A DNA stretch of 64,000 bases from a virus (IMGVR_UViG_3300009165_000005), one strand, 5' to 3'; shown: positions 28,404 through 37,392, counted from the stretch's first letter. Program-made: numbers and translations. The notes: generated by a model from the letters alone, not told the origin.

Positions 28404-28821
28404 ATAACTTCAAAGCATCCCACACCCCATCAGGAAGCGGGATCGTAGTCTGAATCATACCTATCTTCTGGTACTCTTGAAATTCCTTCAAAGCTTGTTC
28501 ACACACATCATCGCTTATATCAATGGTGGCAGTGATTCCAGTCTCCCTGACTTCGACAGTACCAACTGCGAAGTCACGCATGCAGATAGGTTCTGATACC
28601 GTCCAAACGAGGTTACCCAGAAGATTCAGCACTTCTTGGGAGTTCAACTCCAGCGTCGGAAGATCTGGAACTTGAAGTTGACCCCAGGCATGTCCAAACA
28701 TTATATCTTGGACGAAGGATCCGGGACCATCTTGACAATGAGGGCAGGGCATATCCCAAGATACACCGATGAAAGGCGAAGACAAGAGAGTTGAAGACAA
28801 GGGAGCCCTTCTAAATGCCAC
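28381..28821 (-). CDS. hypothetical protein (146 aa)
   Basis: Intact ORF; C-terminus overlaps tRNA-Ile by ~23 nt. Confidence 0.4.
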   Translation of the reverse strand: MAFRRAPLSSTLLSSPFIGVSWDMPCPHCQDGPGSFVQDIMFGHAWGQLQVPDLPTLELNSQEVLNLLGNLVWTVSEPICMRDFAVGTVEVRETGITATIDISDDVCEQALKEFQEYQKIGMIQTTIPLPDGVWDALKLLARSSVG

Positions 28822-28905
28822 TCGAATAGGTTTCCCTACTCGGCAGGATCTGCCCCTGCAAAGCTCCCGGGCGTAAGCCCCTGGTAATGTAGTCCTCAGT
28901 GCATT

Positions 28906-28999
28906 CTTCGCTTAGTAGTCCCTCCCGGACTCGAACCGGGACGTTCACAAGGAACTGCGGGTTTTAGGCCCGCCGCGGCTGCCTTTACGCCAAGGGACC
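28906..28999 (-). tRNA. tRNA-Leu (TAA), class II
   Basis: Acceptor GGTCCCT/AGGGACT; anticodon stem GCGGG/CCCGC; loop CCTAAAA; long variable arm; T-loop TTCGAGT. Confidence 0.75.
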
Positions 29000-29000
29000 A

Positions 29001-29342
29001 TTAGAGGTTACTCACTATCTGGGAGACCCTAGAGTAGAACCCAACTAGGTTCATCGGAACTCCTATGACTCCTTCTCGGTAACCAACCCCATAGCACCAG
29101 TTAGGCCGGTACCTGAAGATCAGTGACACCTGTAGTTGAGAAGCATCAAGCTCTAGGATCTTACCTCTTACAAAGTCATCTATCGTCGGGTGAAGGTCGA
29201 ATGCAGAGGGGAATAAGCCACGTTGATCTCCATAGGATCGAACGGCTTCCCACTGACCTTCTACATTGAGGAATAGCGCCGGAAGACTTACCCAACTAAT
29301 ACTCCCAGGTTCTATGGGTTCAATAGAGCAATAGGTAATCAC
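29001..29342 (-). CDS. hypothetical protein (113 aa)
   Basis: Intact ORF. Confidence 0.4.
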   Translation of the reverse strand: MITYCSIEPIEPGSISWVSLPALFLNVEGQWEAVRSYGDQRGLFPSAFDLHPTIDDFVRGKILELDASQLQVSLIFRYRPNWCYGVGYREGVIGVPMNLVGFYSRVSQIVSNL

Positions 29343-29587
29343 TCTTCAGGGCCTCCCCAGATGTTCTCGGTGATCGGTGGTAGCCTCTCGCCTGCTTCGA
29401 GAGCAAGGCGTAGTTCCTCCTCCATACGAACTAGCATAGCTTCGTAACGACGACGATCCTCCTCTGTCTCCTCAGGCTCAGGGATGATTCCATTTTCATC
29501 CTCTTCTTGGGAAACCCTTCGGCCCCTAATCCTTGCAGTAGCCATCTGACGCCCATCCACTCCCATGTAATTGGAAGCCCGTCCCAC
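29339..29587 (-). CDS. hypothetical acidic protein (82 aa)
   Basis: Intact ORF overlapping its neighbours by 4 nt. Confidence 0.35.
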   Translation of the reverse strand: MGRASNYMGVDGRQMATARIRGRRVSQEEDENGIIPEPEETEEDRRRYEAMLVRMEEELRLALEAGERLPPITENIWGGPEE

Positions 29588-29714
29588 CGCTTATGAGCCT
29601 CTGAGCCTCGGGCTTCCCGCACTCAGGGCAATCCGTCAAGGCTGGTTCCGTAATCTTCTGGATAGCCTCCCAGGTGTGCTGGCAAGCCTTGCAGAGGTAC
29701 TCGTACGTTGGCAT
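29526..29714 (-). CDS. FmdB-family zinc-ribbon protein
   Basis: MPTYEYLCKACQHTWEA...CPECG matches the FmdB pattern MPxYEYxCxxCxxxFE...CPxCG. Confidence 0.6.
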   Translation of the reverse strand: MPTYEYLCKACQHTWEAIQKITEPALTDCPECGKPEAQRLISGGTGFQLHGSGWASDGYCKD

Positions 29715-29735
29715 ACGAGCCTTGACACCGCGCGG

Positions 29736-30251
29736 TCAGATACTGGACCCAATAAACCTGAAAGCCACACGAGACTCAATCGAAGCCTCTTTGGCCTTCT
29801 GAACGAACTGACGCATCTTACCTTTGAGGATGTCGATGTCATCTTGAGTAGCCGGTCGACCTAGTTGAGTGCTCAGGGCTTTACTCCACTGTTGGACGAA
29901 CGGATCCCTCGCATCCGGCTTAGGGCTCTCTGGGGGCTTCTTATCGAAAGCAGGATCAGCCTTAGCTTTCTCCTTCTGAACGAACTGCTTCATCTGCCCC
30001 TTTAGGATATCGAAGTCAGCATCCGTTGCAGGTCTACCAAGACGTTCACTTAGAGCCTTTTCCCACTGATTCTTGAAGTGGTCATCTTTACCACCACCGT
30101 CCGACTTAGGCTTGGATTCAGACTTCGGTTTAACCTCACCCTTATCCTCAACAACTTTATGCTTGCTCTTGTCAGCTTTAGGGTGCTCTGACAGGTACTT
30201 CTTCAGGGCTTCTTCGTTTGGGAAGTTCTTTGAAATGAGGTCCATAATCAA
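29736..30251 (-). CDS. paralog family member B (FPNEEALKKYLSEHPKADKSKH motif; Lys/Pro-rich, internally repeated tail)
   Basis: Shares its N-terminal motif with the ORFs at 26530 and 31414. Internal repeat LGRPAT(D/Q)(A/D)D(F/I)DILKG(Q/K)M(K/R)QFVQK occurs twice. Confidence 0.55.
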   Translation of the reverse strand: MIMDLISKNFPNEEALKKYLSEHPKADKSKHKVVEDKGEVKPKSESKPKSDGGGKDDHFKNQWEKALSERLGRPATDADFDILKGQMKQFVQKEKAKADPAFDKKPPESPKPDARDPFVQQWSKALSTQLGRPATQDDIDILKGKMRQFVQKAKEASIESRVAFRFIGSSI

Positions 30252-30299
30252 GCTTCTATAGAAGAGGATTACTGGAACTGAGATTCGTACGTCGGCATA

Positions 30300-30725
30300 T
30301 TAACCTCGTGGTATGTTATACTCACCTGGAAGGTGGCCACCCAGCATCTTGATCAGCTTGTTCCTAGCCTGAAGGATAATCTTCTGAAGTAGGTTCGGAT
30401 CTCTCCGTGGGGGAGGCTCGTACTTAAAGGTGTTGGCCCGAGCCTCTCTCAAGGAGTACATGATTCCTCTAACTCCATTGGGTTTAGGTAAAGCATCTGG
30501 AAACCCAGGATCAACCCTTGGGGTTCGAATCACCTTCGCGTTCCAAACCTCACCAATCAATTCCCCATCCCATTCAGGTCGAGGTCGAGGCTTACACGCT
30601 TGGTAAGTCTCGGCTTCTGCGATAATCTCCGCATCTTGGGGATGAACAAGCAGAACTGCTATGGGAAGGTCCTCTTTCTCTACTTCTGACATAGCATCTA
30701 AGATATGATTCAATATGTGGCTCAT
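30300..30725 (-). CDS. hypothetical protein (141 aa)
   Basis: Intact ORF. Confidence 0.4.
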   Translation of the reverse strand: MSHILNHILDAMSEVEKEDLPIAVLLVHPQDAEIIAEAETYQACKPRPRPEWDGELIGEVWNAKVIRTPRVDPGFPDALPKPNGVRGIMYSLREARANTFKYEPPPRRDPNLLQKIILQARNKLIKMLGGHLPGEYNIPRG

Positions 30726-30753
30726 AATTAGCCACTACCCCGAGAGTAAATTG

Positions 30754-30826
30754 TGACGCTAGGGGGATTTGGACCCACCGTTGGATGAGTGAAAGTCATC
30801 TCGCCTTACCATTAGCGGATAGCGCC
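30754..30826 (-). tRNA. tRNA-Glu (TTC)
   Basis: Acceptor GGCGCTA/TAGCGTC; anticodon stem GATGA/TCATC; loop CTTTCAC; T-loop TCCAAAT. Confidence 0.7.
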
Positions 30827-30830
30827 GAGG

Positions 30831-30905
30831 TGTCCCTGATCGGATTCGAACCGATGTTCCAAGATCGAGAATCTTGTTGCCTAGTCCGGGCTAGCAGACA
30901 GGGAC
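30831..30905 (-). tRNA. tRNA-Glu (CTC)
   Basis: Acceptor GTCCCTG/CAGGGAC; anticodon stem CAAGA/TCTTG; loop TTCTCGA; T-loop TTCGAAT. Confidence 0.7.
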
Positions 30906-30978
30906 GTGATAGAGAGACAAGGAACGAACCAAAGGGGTCAATGTTCGAGATTGTACTTCAGTCCTGCATTCTCTCCAG

Positions 30979-31061
30979 CGGAAGGGAAGGGATTCGAACC
31001 CCCAGAGCTGTTACACTCGATTGTTTTCAGGACAATGCCCCTCACCAATAGGAGCCCTTCC
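30979..31061 (-). tRNA. tRNA-Ser (TGA), class II
   Basis: Acceptor GGAAGGG/CCCTTCC; anticodon stem ATTGT/ACAAT; loop CCTGAAA; long variable arm. Confidence 0.65.
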
Positions 31062-31071
31062 GTAAGGTGGT

Positions 31072-31145
31072 TGCGAGAATAGAGGGTTGAACTCTACTGT
31101 TTCCAGGTTATGAGCCTGGCGTGTAATGCCGTTTCACTCTCCCGC
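31072..31145 (-). tRNA. tRNA with CAT anticodon (second copy)
   Basis: Acceptor GCGGGAG/TTCTCGC; anticodon stem CCAGG/CCTGG; loop CTCATAA; T-loop TTCAACC. Confidence 0.7.
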
Positions 31146-31230
31146 AGAGCCGGTAAGTGGAGTCGAACCACCCTGAACATCTTTACGAAAGATGTTCATT
31201 CCCACGATTGCTATAGGGACAGGGCACTCC
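31146..31230 (-). other. tRNA-like fragment (T-arm plus long anticodon-like hairpin, no pairing acceptor)
   Basis: GGTGGTTCGACTCCACT T-arm. 10-bp hairpin GAACATCTTT/AAAGATGTTC with a CGT-containing loop. No 5' strand complementary to TACCGGC found. Confidence 0.3.
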
Positions 31231-31299
31231 CGGATACACACCGGGCGTGCCCAGAGGTCCTCTACTCCCCCCACTCGTTTCTCGTAGATATGAGGTTGT

Positions 31300-31377
31300 T
31301 GGTTGCGGAGAGTAGGATTTGAACCTACGACCTTCGGCGTATGAGACCGACGAGCTACCTAACTGCTCTATCCCGCA
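31300..31377 (-). tRNA. tRNA with CAT anticodon (third copy), CCA encoded
   Basis: D-arm GAGC AGTTAGGTA GCTC; anticodon stem TCGGT/GCCGA; loop CTCATAC; T-loop TTCAAAT; 3' ACCA. Confidence 0.7.
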
Positions 31378-31413
31378 ATACTATGTTGAACTACTTATCC
31401 CAAGCCCTAAGAG

Positions 31414-31797
31414 ATGCCGAGGAGGAACCTGCTCCGTGAATTTGAAGATGCACTCATCATCAGTCGAGTTGCATCAAGAGCCCTCGAAGCCATTGAGTTC
31501 CCGAGTGAGAAGGCCTACGAAGACTACATGCGGAAGCACCCAAAGGCTGATCCAGACAATCACGACGTGATCCTGGACTTCAAGCCTCCTGCCCCGCCCA
31601 AGCCAGACCGCCCAACACCTCCTCCGCACTTCCCCAGACCGGAGAAGCCGAAGAGGCCGAGGAAGCCTCACAAGATTCCTAAGCTCAACCCGCCCCCTAA
31701 GTTCTACCAGCCTCCGACGCCCTACAAGGCGCCGGAGATTCCGAAGCTCTATCGACCACCAGCTTGGCTCCCCAAGGAACCAAAGAAGCCCAGGTAG
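31414..31797 (+). CDS. paralog family member C (EFPSEKAYEDYMRKHPKADPDNH motif; Pro/Lys-rich tail)
   Basis: Shares its N-terminal motif with the ORFs at 26530 and 29736. The tail is low-complexity PKP/PPP repeats. Confidence 0.5.
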   Translation: MPRRNLLREFEDALIISRVASRALEAIEFPSEKAYEDYMRKHPKADPDNHDVILDFKPPAPPKPDRPTPPPHFPRPEKPKRPRKPHKIPKLNPPPKFYQPPTPYKAPEIPKLYRPPAWLPKEPKKPR

Positions 31798-31844
31798 TCA
31801 CCAGCTCGCGTAGGTGATGGCCCGCTCCTTAGAATAAAAAGTCG

Positions 31845-31912
31845 TTCCCAAGAGGATTCGAACCTCTTGTTCACCCACGCCATGGCTACATGGGATTCGA
31901 ACCCAAGTGGTT
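31845..31912 (-). other. two orphan tRNA T-arm/3'-end fragments
   Basis: TTGGGTTCGAATCCCAT+GTAGCCA and AGAGGTTCGAATCCTCT+TGGGAAC+G. No complementary 5' acceptor strands nearby. The second is followed by TTTTTATT. Confidence 0.3.
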
Positions 31913-31947
31913 GAGGTATTGTCCCCAACACGACCTTCAAAACGACG

Positions 31948-32031
31948 TGGCTCCAGGAGTAGGATTCGAACCCACGATGTATTTCTACGGCACGTTAACA
32001 GCGTGCTGCCTTTCCGCTCGGCCATCCTGGA
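31948..32031 (-). tRNA. class II tRNA (Tyr-like body) with a GTT (Asn) anticodon, CCA encoded
   Basis: Perfect acceptor TCCAGGA/TCCTGGA; D-arm GCC GAGCGGAAA GGC; anticodon stem GCACG/CGTGC; loop CTGTTAA; variable arm CGTAGAAATACATC with a GAAA tetraloop. Confidence 0.7.
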
Positions 32032-32288
32032 AAAATGAGGATCGTGTTGCCACAACCCTCCCAGACGTGAGTTGGTGCTCACGCCCCGGAGTAACCCTTG
32101 CGAGTTACCCCGTGAAACATACGGTCAGGAATGAATCACTACCACACAGGCACGGTCGCTGAAGCCCTCGGTATACTTGAGGTCGATCACGGCACGTCTG
32201 CTTCCCTGGTCCACAACAGGCCAGTTAGGTCAGCACCCATTCACTGTTTGAATTGTCAAGGATCACAGTAGACGGTTGTCTACTCGAT

Positions 32289-32362
32289 TGGTTCCGACAC
32301 CTAGATTCGAACTAGGGTTCAAGGATTCAAAGTCCTTTGTCCTACCGTTGGACGATGTCGGA
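32289..32362 (-). tRNA. tRNA-Gln (TTG), CCA encoded
   Basis: Perfect acceptor TCCGACA/TGTCGGA; anticodon stem AAGGA/TCCTT; loop CTTTGAA. Confidence 0.8.
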
Positions 32363-32375
32363 TCAGCACATTTAG

Positions 32376-32446
32376 TGAGGCATCACAGATTTGAACTGAA
32401 ATCTACGGTTTAAGAGACCGTTGCTCTACCATTGAGCTAATACCCC
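32376..32446 (-). tRNA. tRNA-Lys (CTT)
   Basis: Acceptor GGGGTAT/ATGCCTC; anticodon stem ACGGT/ACCGT; loop CTCTTAA. Confidence 0.7.
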
Positions 32447-32456
32447 GTTGAGAAAG

Positions 32457-32529
32457 TGAAGGTGGTGAGGATCGAACTCACGAGTCTTCGGCTTAAAAGG
32501 CCGCGGCTTTACCACTTAGCTACACCTCC
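32457..32529 (-). tRNA. tRNA-Lys (TTT)
   Basis: Acceptor GGAGGTG/CACCTTC; anticodon loop CTTTTAA; T-loop TTCGATC. Confidence 0.7.
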
Positions 32530-32596
32530 GTGTTGTTTTGGCCCGTCTTCCTCGGGCTTGTTCTTGCGTTTCATTCCAGCCTTCTACTTTCCTTAG

Positions 32597-32679
32597 TGAT
32601 GTCGTATGGAGTTGAACCATCTAGTCGTAAGACCCGTGATTTACAGTCACAGTCGCTTCCCGGAGCGAATCCCGACACC
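32597..32679 (-). tRNA. tRNA-Tyr (GTA), class II
   Basis: Acceptor GGTGTCG/CGACATC; anticodon stem TGTGA/TCACG; loop CTGTAAA; long variable arm. Confidence 0.7.
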
Positions 32680-33183
32680 ATAATAGTGGGGGCTAGCTGT
32701 GGTTACGAGTCGATAGCGATCCAAGGTTCCCATGATTTTCCTACTGAAGACGCACGTATCCTGCTGCTCATGAATAAGCAGACGAAACTTTAGTTAACAC
32801 ACAAGGTGTTGTGTGTGATTTTGACCCTAAAACGACCAAGGCCGCCGGGGATTTCTCCAGGGCGGCCTTCTGTTACGGGTGATCCGTGTTACAGCTTAGC
32901 CGCCCTATGGTCCCACCTCTGGATTGGCAATACGGGTTGAAGTGGGATACCAGGGCTTAAGTTGGGCCATATCGCTTGTAAAATGCCATGATCTCTGCAC
33001 GCACAACGAACCCGACAGCGCTATCAGCGCCTGGACGGATTCTAGTTTTGTGGTTTTGAGTGAGGACACAATACCCCGACAATGGCCACTTGGGCCTTGA
33101 GGTTTCAACCCTAGCTCAGAAGGTGACAGACCGTCAAGGGATTTTTACACTTGCGCGATCTTTTTTCTTGACCCGACATTCAC

Positions 33184-33513
33184 CTACCTTTTCCCAAGAG
33201 ACTTTTTTCGATTGGACTTGTAGTAAATGTCTAAGATCCTGAACTTTTCCTCTTGAAAACCACTGAACTCTCTGGAATTTTTCCAAGCTTCCTTTAGAGA
33301 AGTCCAAAGGTTATCGAGCAAAGGTTTAATTCGAGGATCTGACGGGTCAGATTTGATCAGAGTAACCACCTCGGAGAAGGCCTTGAACTCAGTCTCAAGG
33401 CTGAGTTCAACTTGATGCATGAGTCTTGAATACTCAGACATTAGATCAGGAGGGAGCTCCGTACCCGCCAGTTTACGTAATGCTTCTTGAAACTCTACAA
33501 GGGGGTTTGCCAT
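33184..33513 (-). CDS. hypothetical protein (109 aa)
   Basis: Intact ORF. Confidence 0.4.
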   Translation of the reverse strand: MANPLVEFQEALRKLAGTELPPDLMSEYSRLMHQVELSLETEFKAFSEVVTLIKSDPSDPRIKPLLDNLWTSLKEAWKNSREFSGFQEEKFRILDIYYKSNRKKSLGKR

Positions 33514-33562
33514 ACAAGGTAGAGTAATATAAACAGTATAGTAAAACTACTTATCGGGTCTC

Positions 33563-34144
33563 TTGGGTGTGAAAAGCCTCTTCGCCTCCGAGCCCCCCAA
33601 GTTCGTCAGCAGGGTCTTCAACTCCGACTGGGATCGATTCGTCGAAACGTGGACACCCAAGATCTACAAGTACCTCCTCGGAGCTCTGGGACCCTTCGGA
33701 GTGGAACCTCTACCCATCATCCTCCCAATGAGTGACGGCCTGCACATGTCAGGAGCTACCGCTTCGTTCGACATGCATACAGGTCAGGTAAGACTTAGCC
33801 CTTCCGTCGAAGGTAACCCAGGTCAGACCCTTGAGAAGCTCACCCACGAGTTTGTCCACGGGAGCTACGCCAAGTTCCCAATCGACGATGTCTTCTATGA
33901 CGAGGGGGCAGTCGATTACAGTACTTGGATCTTGGTACATGCTCCAATTTACGGAGAGTATCGCCAGCAAGCAATTGATGCAGCCGCATACAACATCCGT
34001 ATGCGCCGTGAGAGAGCTGCCCTGACCAACACGGACTATGACCGCAAACGTTGGGCGGGTGGTACCTACTTCTCAATGTTTATAGGACCAATGTTGATCC
34101 ACCGCATGAAGATGAAGAAGGCCGAAGGCGACTTTACCTGGTAG
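33563..34144 (+). CDS. putative zinc metallopeptidase (HExxH)
   Basis: THEFVHG motif in a 193-aa protein. Confidence 0.4.
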   Translation: MGVKSLFASEPPKFVSRVFNSDWDRFVETWTPKIYKYLLGALGPFGVEPLPIILPMSDGLHMSGATASFDMHTGQVRLSPSVEGNPGQTLEKLTHEFVHGSYAKFPIDDVFYDEGAVDYSTWILVHAPIYGEYRQQAIDAAAYNIRMRRERAALTNTDYDRKRWAGGTYFSMFIGPMLIHRMKMKKAEGDFTW

Positions 34145-34146
34145 CA

Positions 34147-34719
34147 CTACTCACTTTCGAGTTCAAGCATCAAATCGAAGGGGGAGTCTCCAACCTCAAT
34201 AGAGTGGTCTTGTGGAGGCTCCCTAATAAGGGATTGAAACTCCTCAAAGGGATTTCTACGTGCAGAAGTATCTATCCCAGCAAGACAACCTCTCCAATTA
34301 CCCACCTCAAAACCAATAGACTTGACCCCATGATCCTTGGTAGAGGCTCCCACCACCAAATCCCCATCAGAGGGGAAGACCTCGAGGAAGAAGGCAAACT
34401 TCCTCAAGTCGATGGCAATCCCTGCTAGCATTCCTTGTACGGGCTCTGGAACAGTTTCGACCACAGACATTTGAGGATCCACCCCAGAAGTCCAATCTCT
34501 CAAAGCCTTCAAGCTGACTTTTCTCACTCGCTTAGGGAGAGATTGAAGTGTTGGAAGATTCGGAGTACCTTCAAGCTGAGCCCCCACGTCTCCTTGATAA
34601 GCTAGGAAACAAGCAGAGTTGACCGCCACTGACCATCCCCCAGTATGGAGGAACACAGACTTCATCCATGGGTACGTATCGGAAATCAGAAACTTGTGAA
34701 GTATGTCTAACGGGTCCAT
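34147..34719 (-). CDS. hypothetical protein (190 aa)
   Basis: Intact ORF. Confidence 0.4.
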   Translation of the reverse strand: MDPLDILHKFLISDTYPWMKSVFLHTGGWSVAVNSACFLAYQGDVGAQLEGTPNLPTLQSLPKRVRKVSLKALRDWTSGVDPQMSVVETVPEPVQGMLAGIAIDLRKFAFFLEVFPSDGDLVVGASTKDHGVKSIGFEVGNWRGCLAGIDTSARRNPFEEFQSLIREPPQDHSIEVGDSPFDLMLELESE

Positions 34720-34963
34720 CTGGATTGTCTACGTTTTGAGGAGTCCGATATCGGGTAAGCTTTACACCGGAATCACGAACAACCTCGAACGAAGGCTGAA
34801 AGCGCACAATAGCGGGACGGGAGCCAAATACACAAGAGCTGGTCGCCCCTGGGTGGTCGTTTACCAAGAGTCGATGGAAGAGAAAGGCTCAGCCTTGAGG
34901 CGAGAGCTTGCCATCAAGAAGCTGAGTCGTTCTGAAAAGTTGGTCCTAATCAGCGGCTACTAG
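34703..34963 (+). CDS. GIY-YIG nuclease-superfamily small protein (YhbQ-like)
   Basis: IWIVYVLRSPISGKLYTGITNNLERRLKAHN gives the GIY (VYVL), YIG (LYTG) and R/E/N motifs. Confidence 0.65.
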   Translation: MSNGSIWIVYVLRSPISGKLYTGITNNLERRLKAHNSGTGAKYTRAGRPWVVVYQESMEEKGSALRRELAIKKLSRSEKLVLISGY

Positions 34964-35337
34964 AGTGGAAAGTTCAAGCGATTCTTGGTCTTTTGGTAAA
35001 CCTCTGGGTCTACGTCCAAGCCAGAATCCGTAGTTTTAACTCCGGGGAACTTGGTTTCCATATTTTGATCGAGACGTACTGCTAGCTCAATCTGCTTCTC
35101 CAGTAGATCTTCTGGGGAGAAAATACCCCTGCAGACGAGGATTTCGGTGACCGCATCGAGCTGGACCTGCTTACGTATCAGATTCTCATGCAAATCCTGA
35201 AGGGCCTGATAGGTACCATTGTTGGCATCCCGAGTACCGAGCTGCCAAGTGGCTAGCACCTCTTTCCAATGAACAACTCGCTTTATTAGCTTCGCGTAGT
35301 AGACCTTCAAAGATGTAAGTCGGCGTTCGTTGGACAT
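34960..35337 (-). CDS. hypothetical protein (125 aa)
   Basis: Intact ORF. Confidence 0.4.
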   Translation of the reverse strand: MSNERRLTSLKVYYAKLIKRVVHWKEVLATWQLGTRDANNGTYQALQDLHENLIRKQVQLDAVTEILVCRGIFSPEDLLEKQIELAVRLDQNMETKFPGVKTTDSGLDVDPEVYQKTKNRLNFPL

Positions 35338-35364
35338 GGACTTCTCCAGTAGTTAGCAATAAGG

Positions 35365-36015
35365 TTAGGAAGGTGCAACAGGTGCCGTTGCTAAGTAGGC
35401 TTCGACAATGCTGGCTACCCCTTCGACAGTGGTAGCCGCTAGAGCGTTTTGAATCACACCCTCTGCCTCAGTGAAGAGGTTAGTGATATAGACCCCGATG
35501 GCCTCTAGAACAGCCGTGAAGTCATTGGCCTTGGTGATGTCCACGTAGGTTGAACCATCTCGTGAGTGGACTCGAAAGGGGTAGGACAACCCAAGAGCAG
35601 CCCACTTACCTCCTATTTGCTGCCAAGCAAGCCAACGAACTTGATCGGGCCACGTGGTGGCAATGTGTTGCCCTGATGCAGCCGGATACTCGGGCCCTGC
35701 ACCGTACTCAATTTTCACCTCTCTCGTAGAGCAGATCTGATTGACGGCCGTAGTCTTTGCCGCAGCCAACTCTGCAGCATCCACTGCAGCCTTCTCAGCA
35801 GACGTCATCTCGACAATGAGATCACCAGAGACTTTGCAGTACTTGAGAGGTACCGTCTCGAGGATAGTCAAATCCGGATTGATGATCCAGAAAGCTGGAT
35901 CATAGTCAGGAGTGTTTACACTGTACAGGATCTGGAGAGGTACAGCAGTGCGATTGACGACATTGGCCATAAGGTTACCTTTCCACTGAACCAAAGTCTC
36001 GGTAATCAGGTTCAC
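35365..36015 (-). CDS. hypothetical protein (216 aa)
   Basis: Intact ORF. Confidence 0.4.
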   Translation of the reverse strand: MNLITETLVQWKGNLMANVVNRTAVPLQILYSVNTPDYDPAFWIINPDLTILETVPLKYCKVSGDLIVEMTSAEKAAVDAAELAAAKTTAVNQICSTREVKIEYGAGPEYPAASGQHIATTWPDQVRWLAWQQIGGKWAALGLSYPFRVHSRDGSTYVDITKANDFTAVLEAIGVYITNLFTEAEGVIQNALAATTVEGVASIVEAYLATAPVAPS

Positions 36016-36048
36016 TTAACCCTATAGATAAGATGAACCTTCAGAGGT

Positions 36049-37386
36049 TCATTCGGACTCGAGCTCGAAGACCAAATTCGATCTTTCCTGCTCTTCTTCA
36101 GCCTCTTGGCGTTGTTGGAGAGCTGCTTGGACCCGAGCTTGAGCAGTCTTGACCGAGGGGGCTTCCTTCTCGATACCTACGAAATGAAAGCCCTTGTTGA
36201 TAGCTGCAACACATGTGGTCCCAGATCCACAATAGGGGTCGAAAACGATGCCTTTGTTCGGAGTAGCCATCGTGACTAAGTACTCCATGAGCCGAACGGG
36301 CTTGACCGAAACATGTTCATTCTCTTCACCCTCCTCGAGGCCAGCGCTCTTTTCTCGAGAGTTGGGTTTGGGCACGTAGAAGAACAAGGAGCCTGGATCG
36401 ATATTCAAGAAGTACTTGGCTGCTCCACCATCCTCAATCAGATGCTGCTTGTTAAGGTGATGGATCGGACACGAGTGATGACACTCCCAAACGTCGATGG
36501 TTTCATCTTCTCGGTGAACCGTCGTGTAGTCATGACCAGCACCACCACCGAAGGGTTTTGCCCCGTCGTCAAAGCGATTGATGGGGGGCATGGGTACCGT
36601 CTGGGTCCCAACCTTCTTGCACAGCTCCGAGTGAACGAAGATGACGTTCGGGGGGAGCCGCCCCGAGGTTGAGACGTCGTTGGCCCCAGAGAGGTCAGAG
36701 GAGTTCTTCCATGAGTTCCCCATCTTACCCCCACGGGTCTTGATTGCGTCCACTCCCGCCTTGTGCTTCTCGAAGTCAGCCAAGGACGAGTGCTTGATTC
36801 GGGACCCCTCGATATTGATGACTCCAGTCCCAGTGGCTTCAAGCTGCTTGAGTAGGGTACTTTCCTCGAGAGGCTTGCGGAAAATGAGCACTGGCTCCCA
36901 ATACGGTTTTAGTGCACTTCCATAGCCATTCCATAAGACGGCAAGCTCAGGGAGTCCAGCTTTGCGGAACTCCTTACCAACGTCCACGTTCTTAGGCATC
37001 CCCTGAGCACGAATCCACCGAAGGATGGGCGGCCCCATCTCGACTGGAACGGTATCTCGGTTGGTGAATCCAGCTATCCGAATACCGATCGAAAGGATAT
37101 CTAGGGTTCGAGTACCGGCGAACGAGAATAGGTACCCACCAGGCTTGAGAACACGAAGGCATTCCTTCCAGACCTGGACCGAAGGGAGGTCCCAGTCCTT
37201 GTTCATGAACTCCCCAGTGTCGAGATCCGCCCCCTGTAAGTAGGCTACGATCTCTTTCGGCGACGGATCACGCCCACCTAGTCCATATGGGGGGTCAGTA
37301 ACGAGGGAGTCGAAAAAGCTGTCCGGATAGGTACGTAGAACCTCCAGACACTTACCGTGGTGGATGACGTCAATGAGCTCAGGCAC
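36049..37386 (-). CDS. DNA methyltransferase (N6-adenine/N4-cytosine, beta class)
   Basis: Motif IV LVTDPPYGLGG precedes motif I FDPYCGSGTTCVAA. Confidence 0.75.
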   Translation of the reverse strand: MPELIDVIHHGKCLEVLRTYPDSFFDSLVTDPPYGLGGRDPSPKEIVAYLQGADLDTGEFMNKDWDLPSVQVWKECLRVLKPGGYLFSFAGTRTLDILSIGIRIAGFTNRDTVPVEMGPPILRWIRAQGMPKNVDVGKEFRKAGLPELAVLWNGYGSALKPYWEPVLIFRKPLEESTLLKQLEATGTGVINIEGSRIKHSSLADFEKHKAGVDAIKTRGGKMGNSWKNSSDLSGANDVSTSGRLPPNVIFVHSELCKKVGTQTVPMPPINRFDDGAKPFGGGAGHDYTTVHREDETIDVWECHHSCPIHHLNKQHLIEDGGAAKYFLNIDPGSLFFYVPKPNSREKSAGLEEGEENEHVSVKPVRLMEYLVTMATPNKGIVFDPYCGSGTTCVAAINKGFHFVGIEKEAPSVKTAQARVQAALQQRQEAEEEQERSNLVFELESE

Positions 37387-37392
37387 CCAGAG

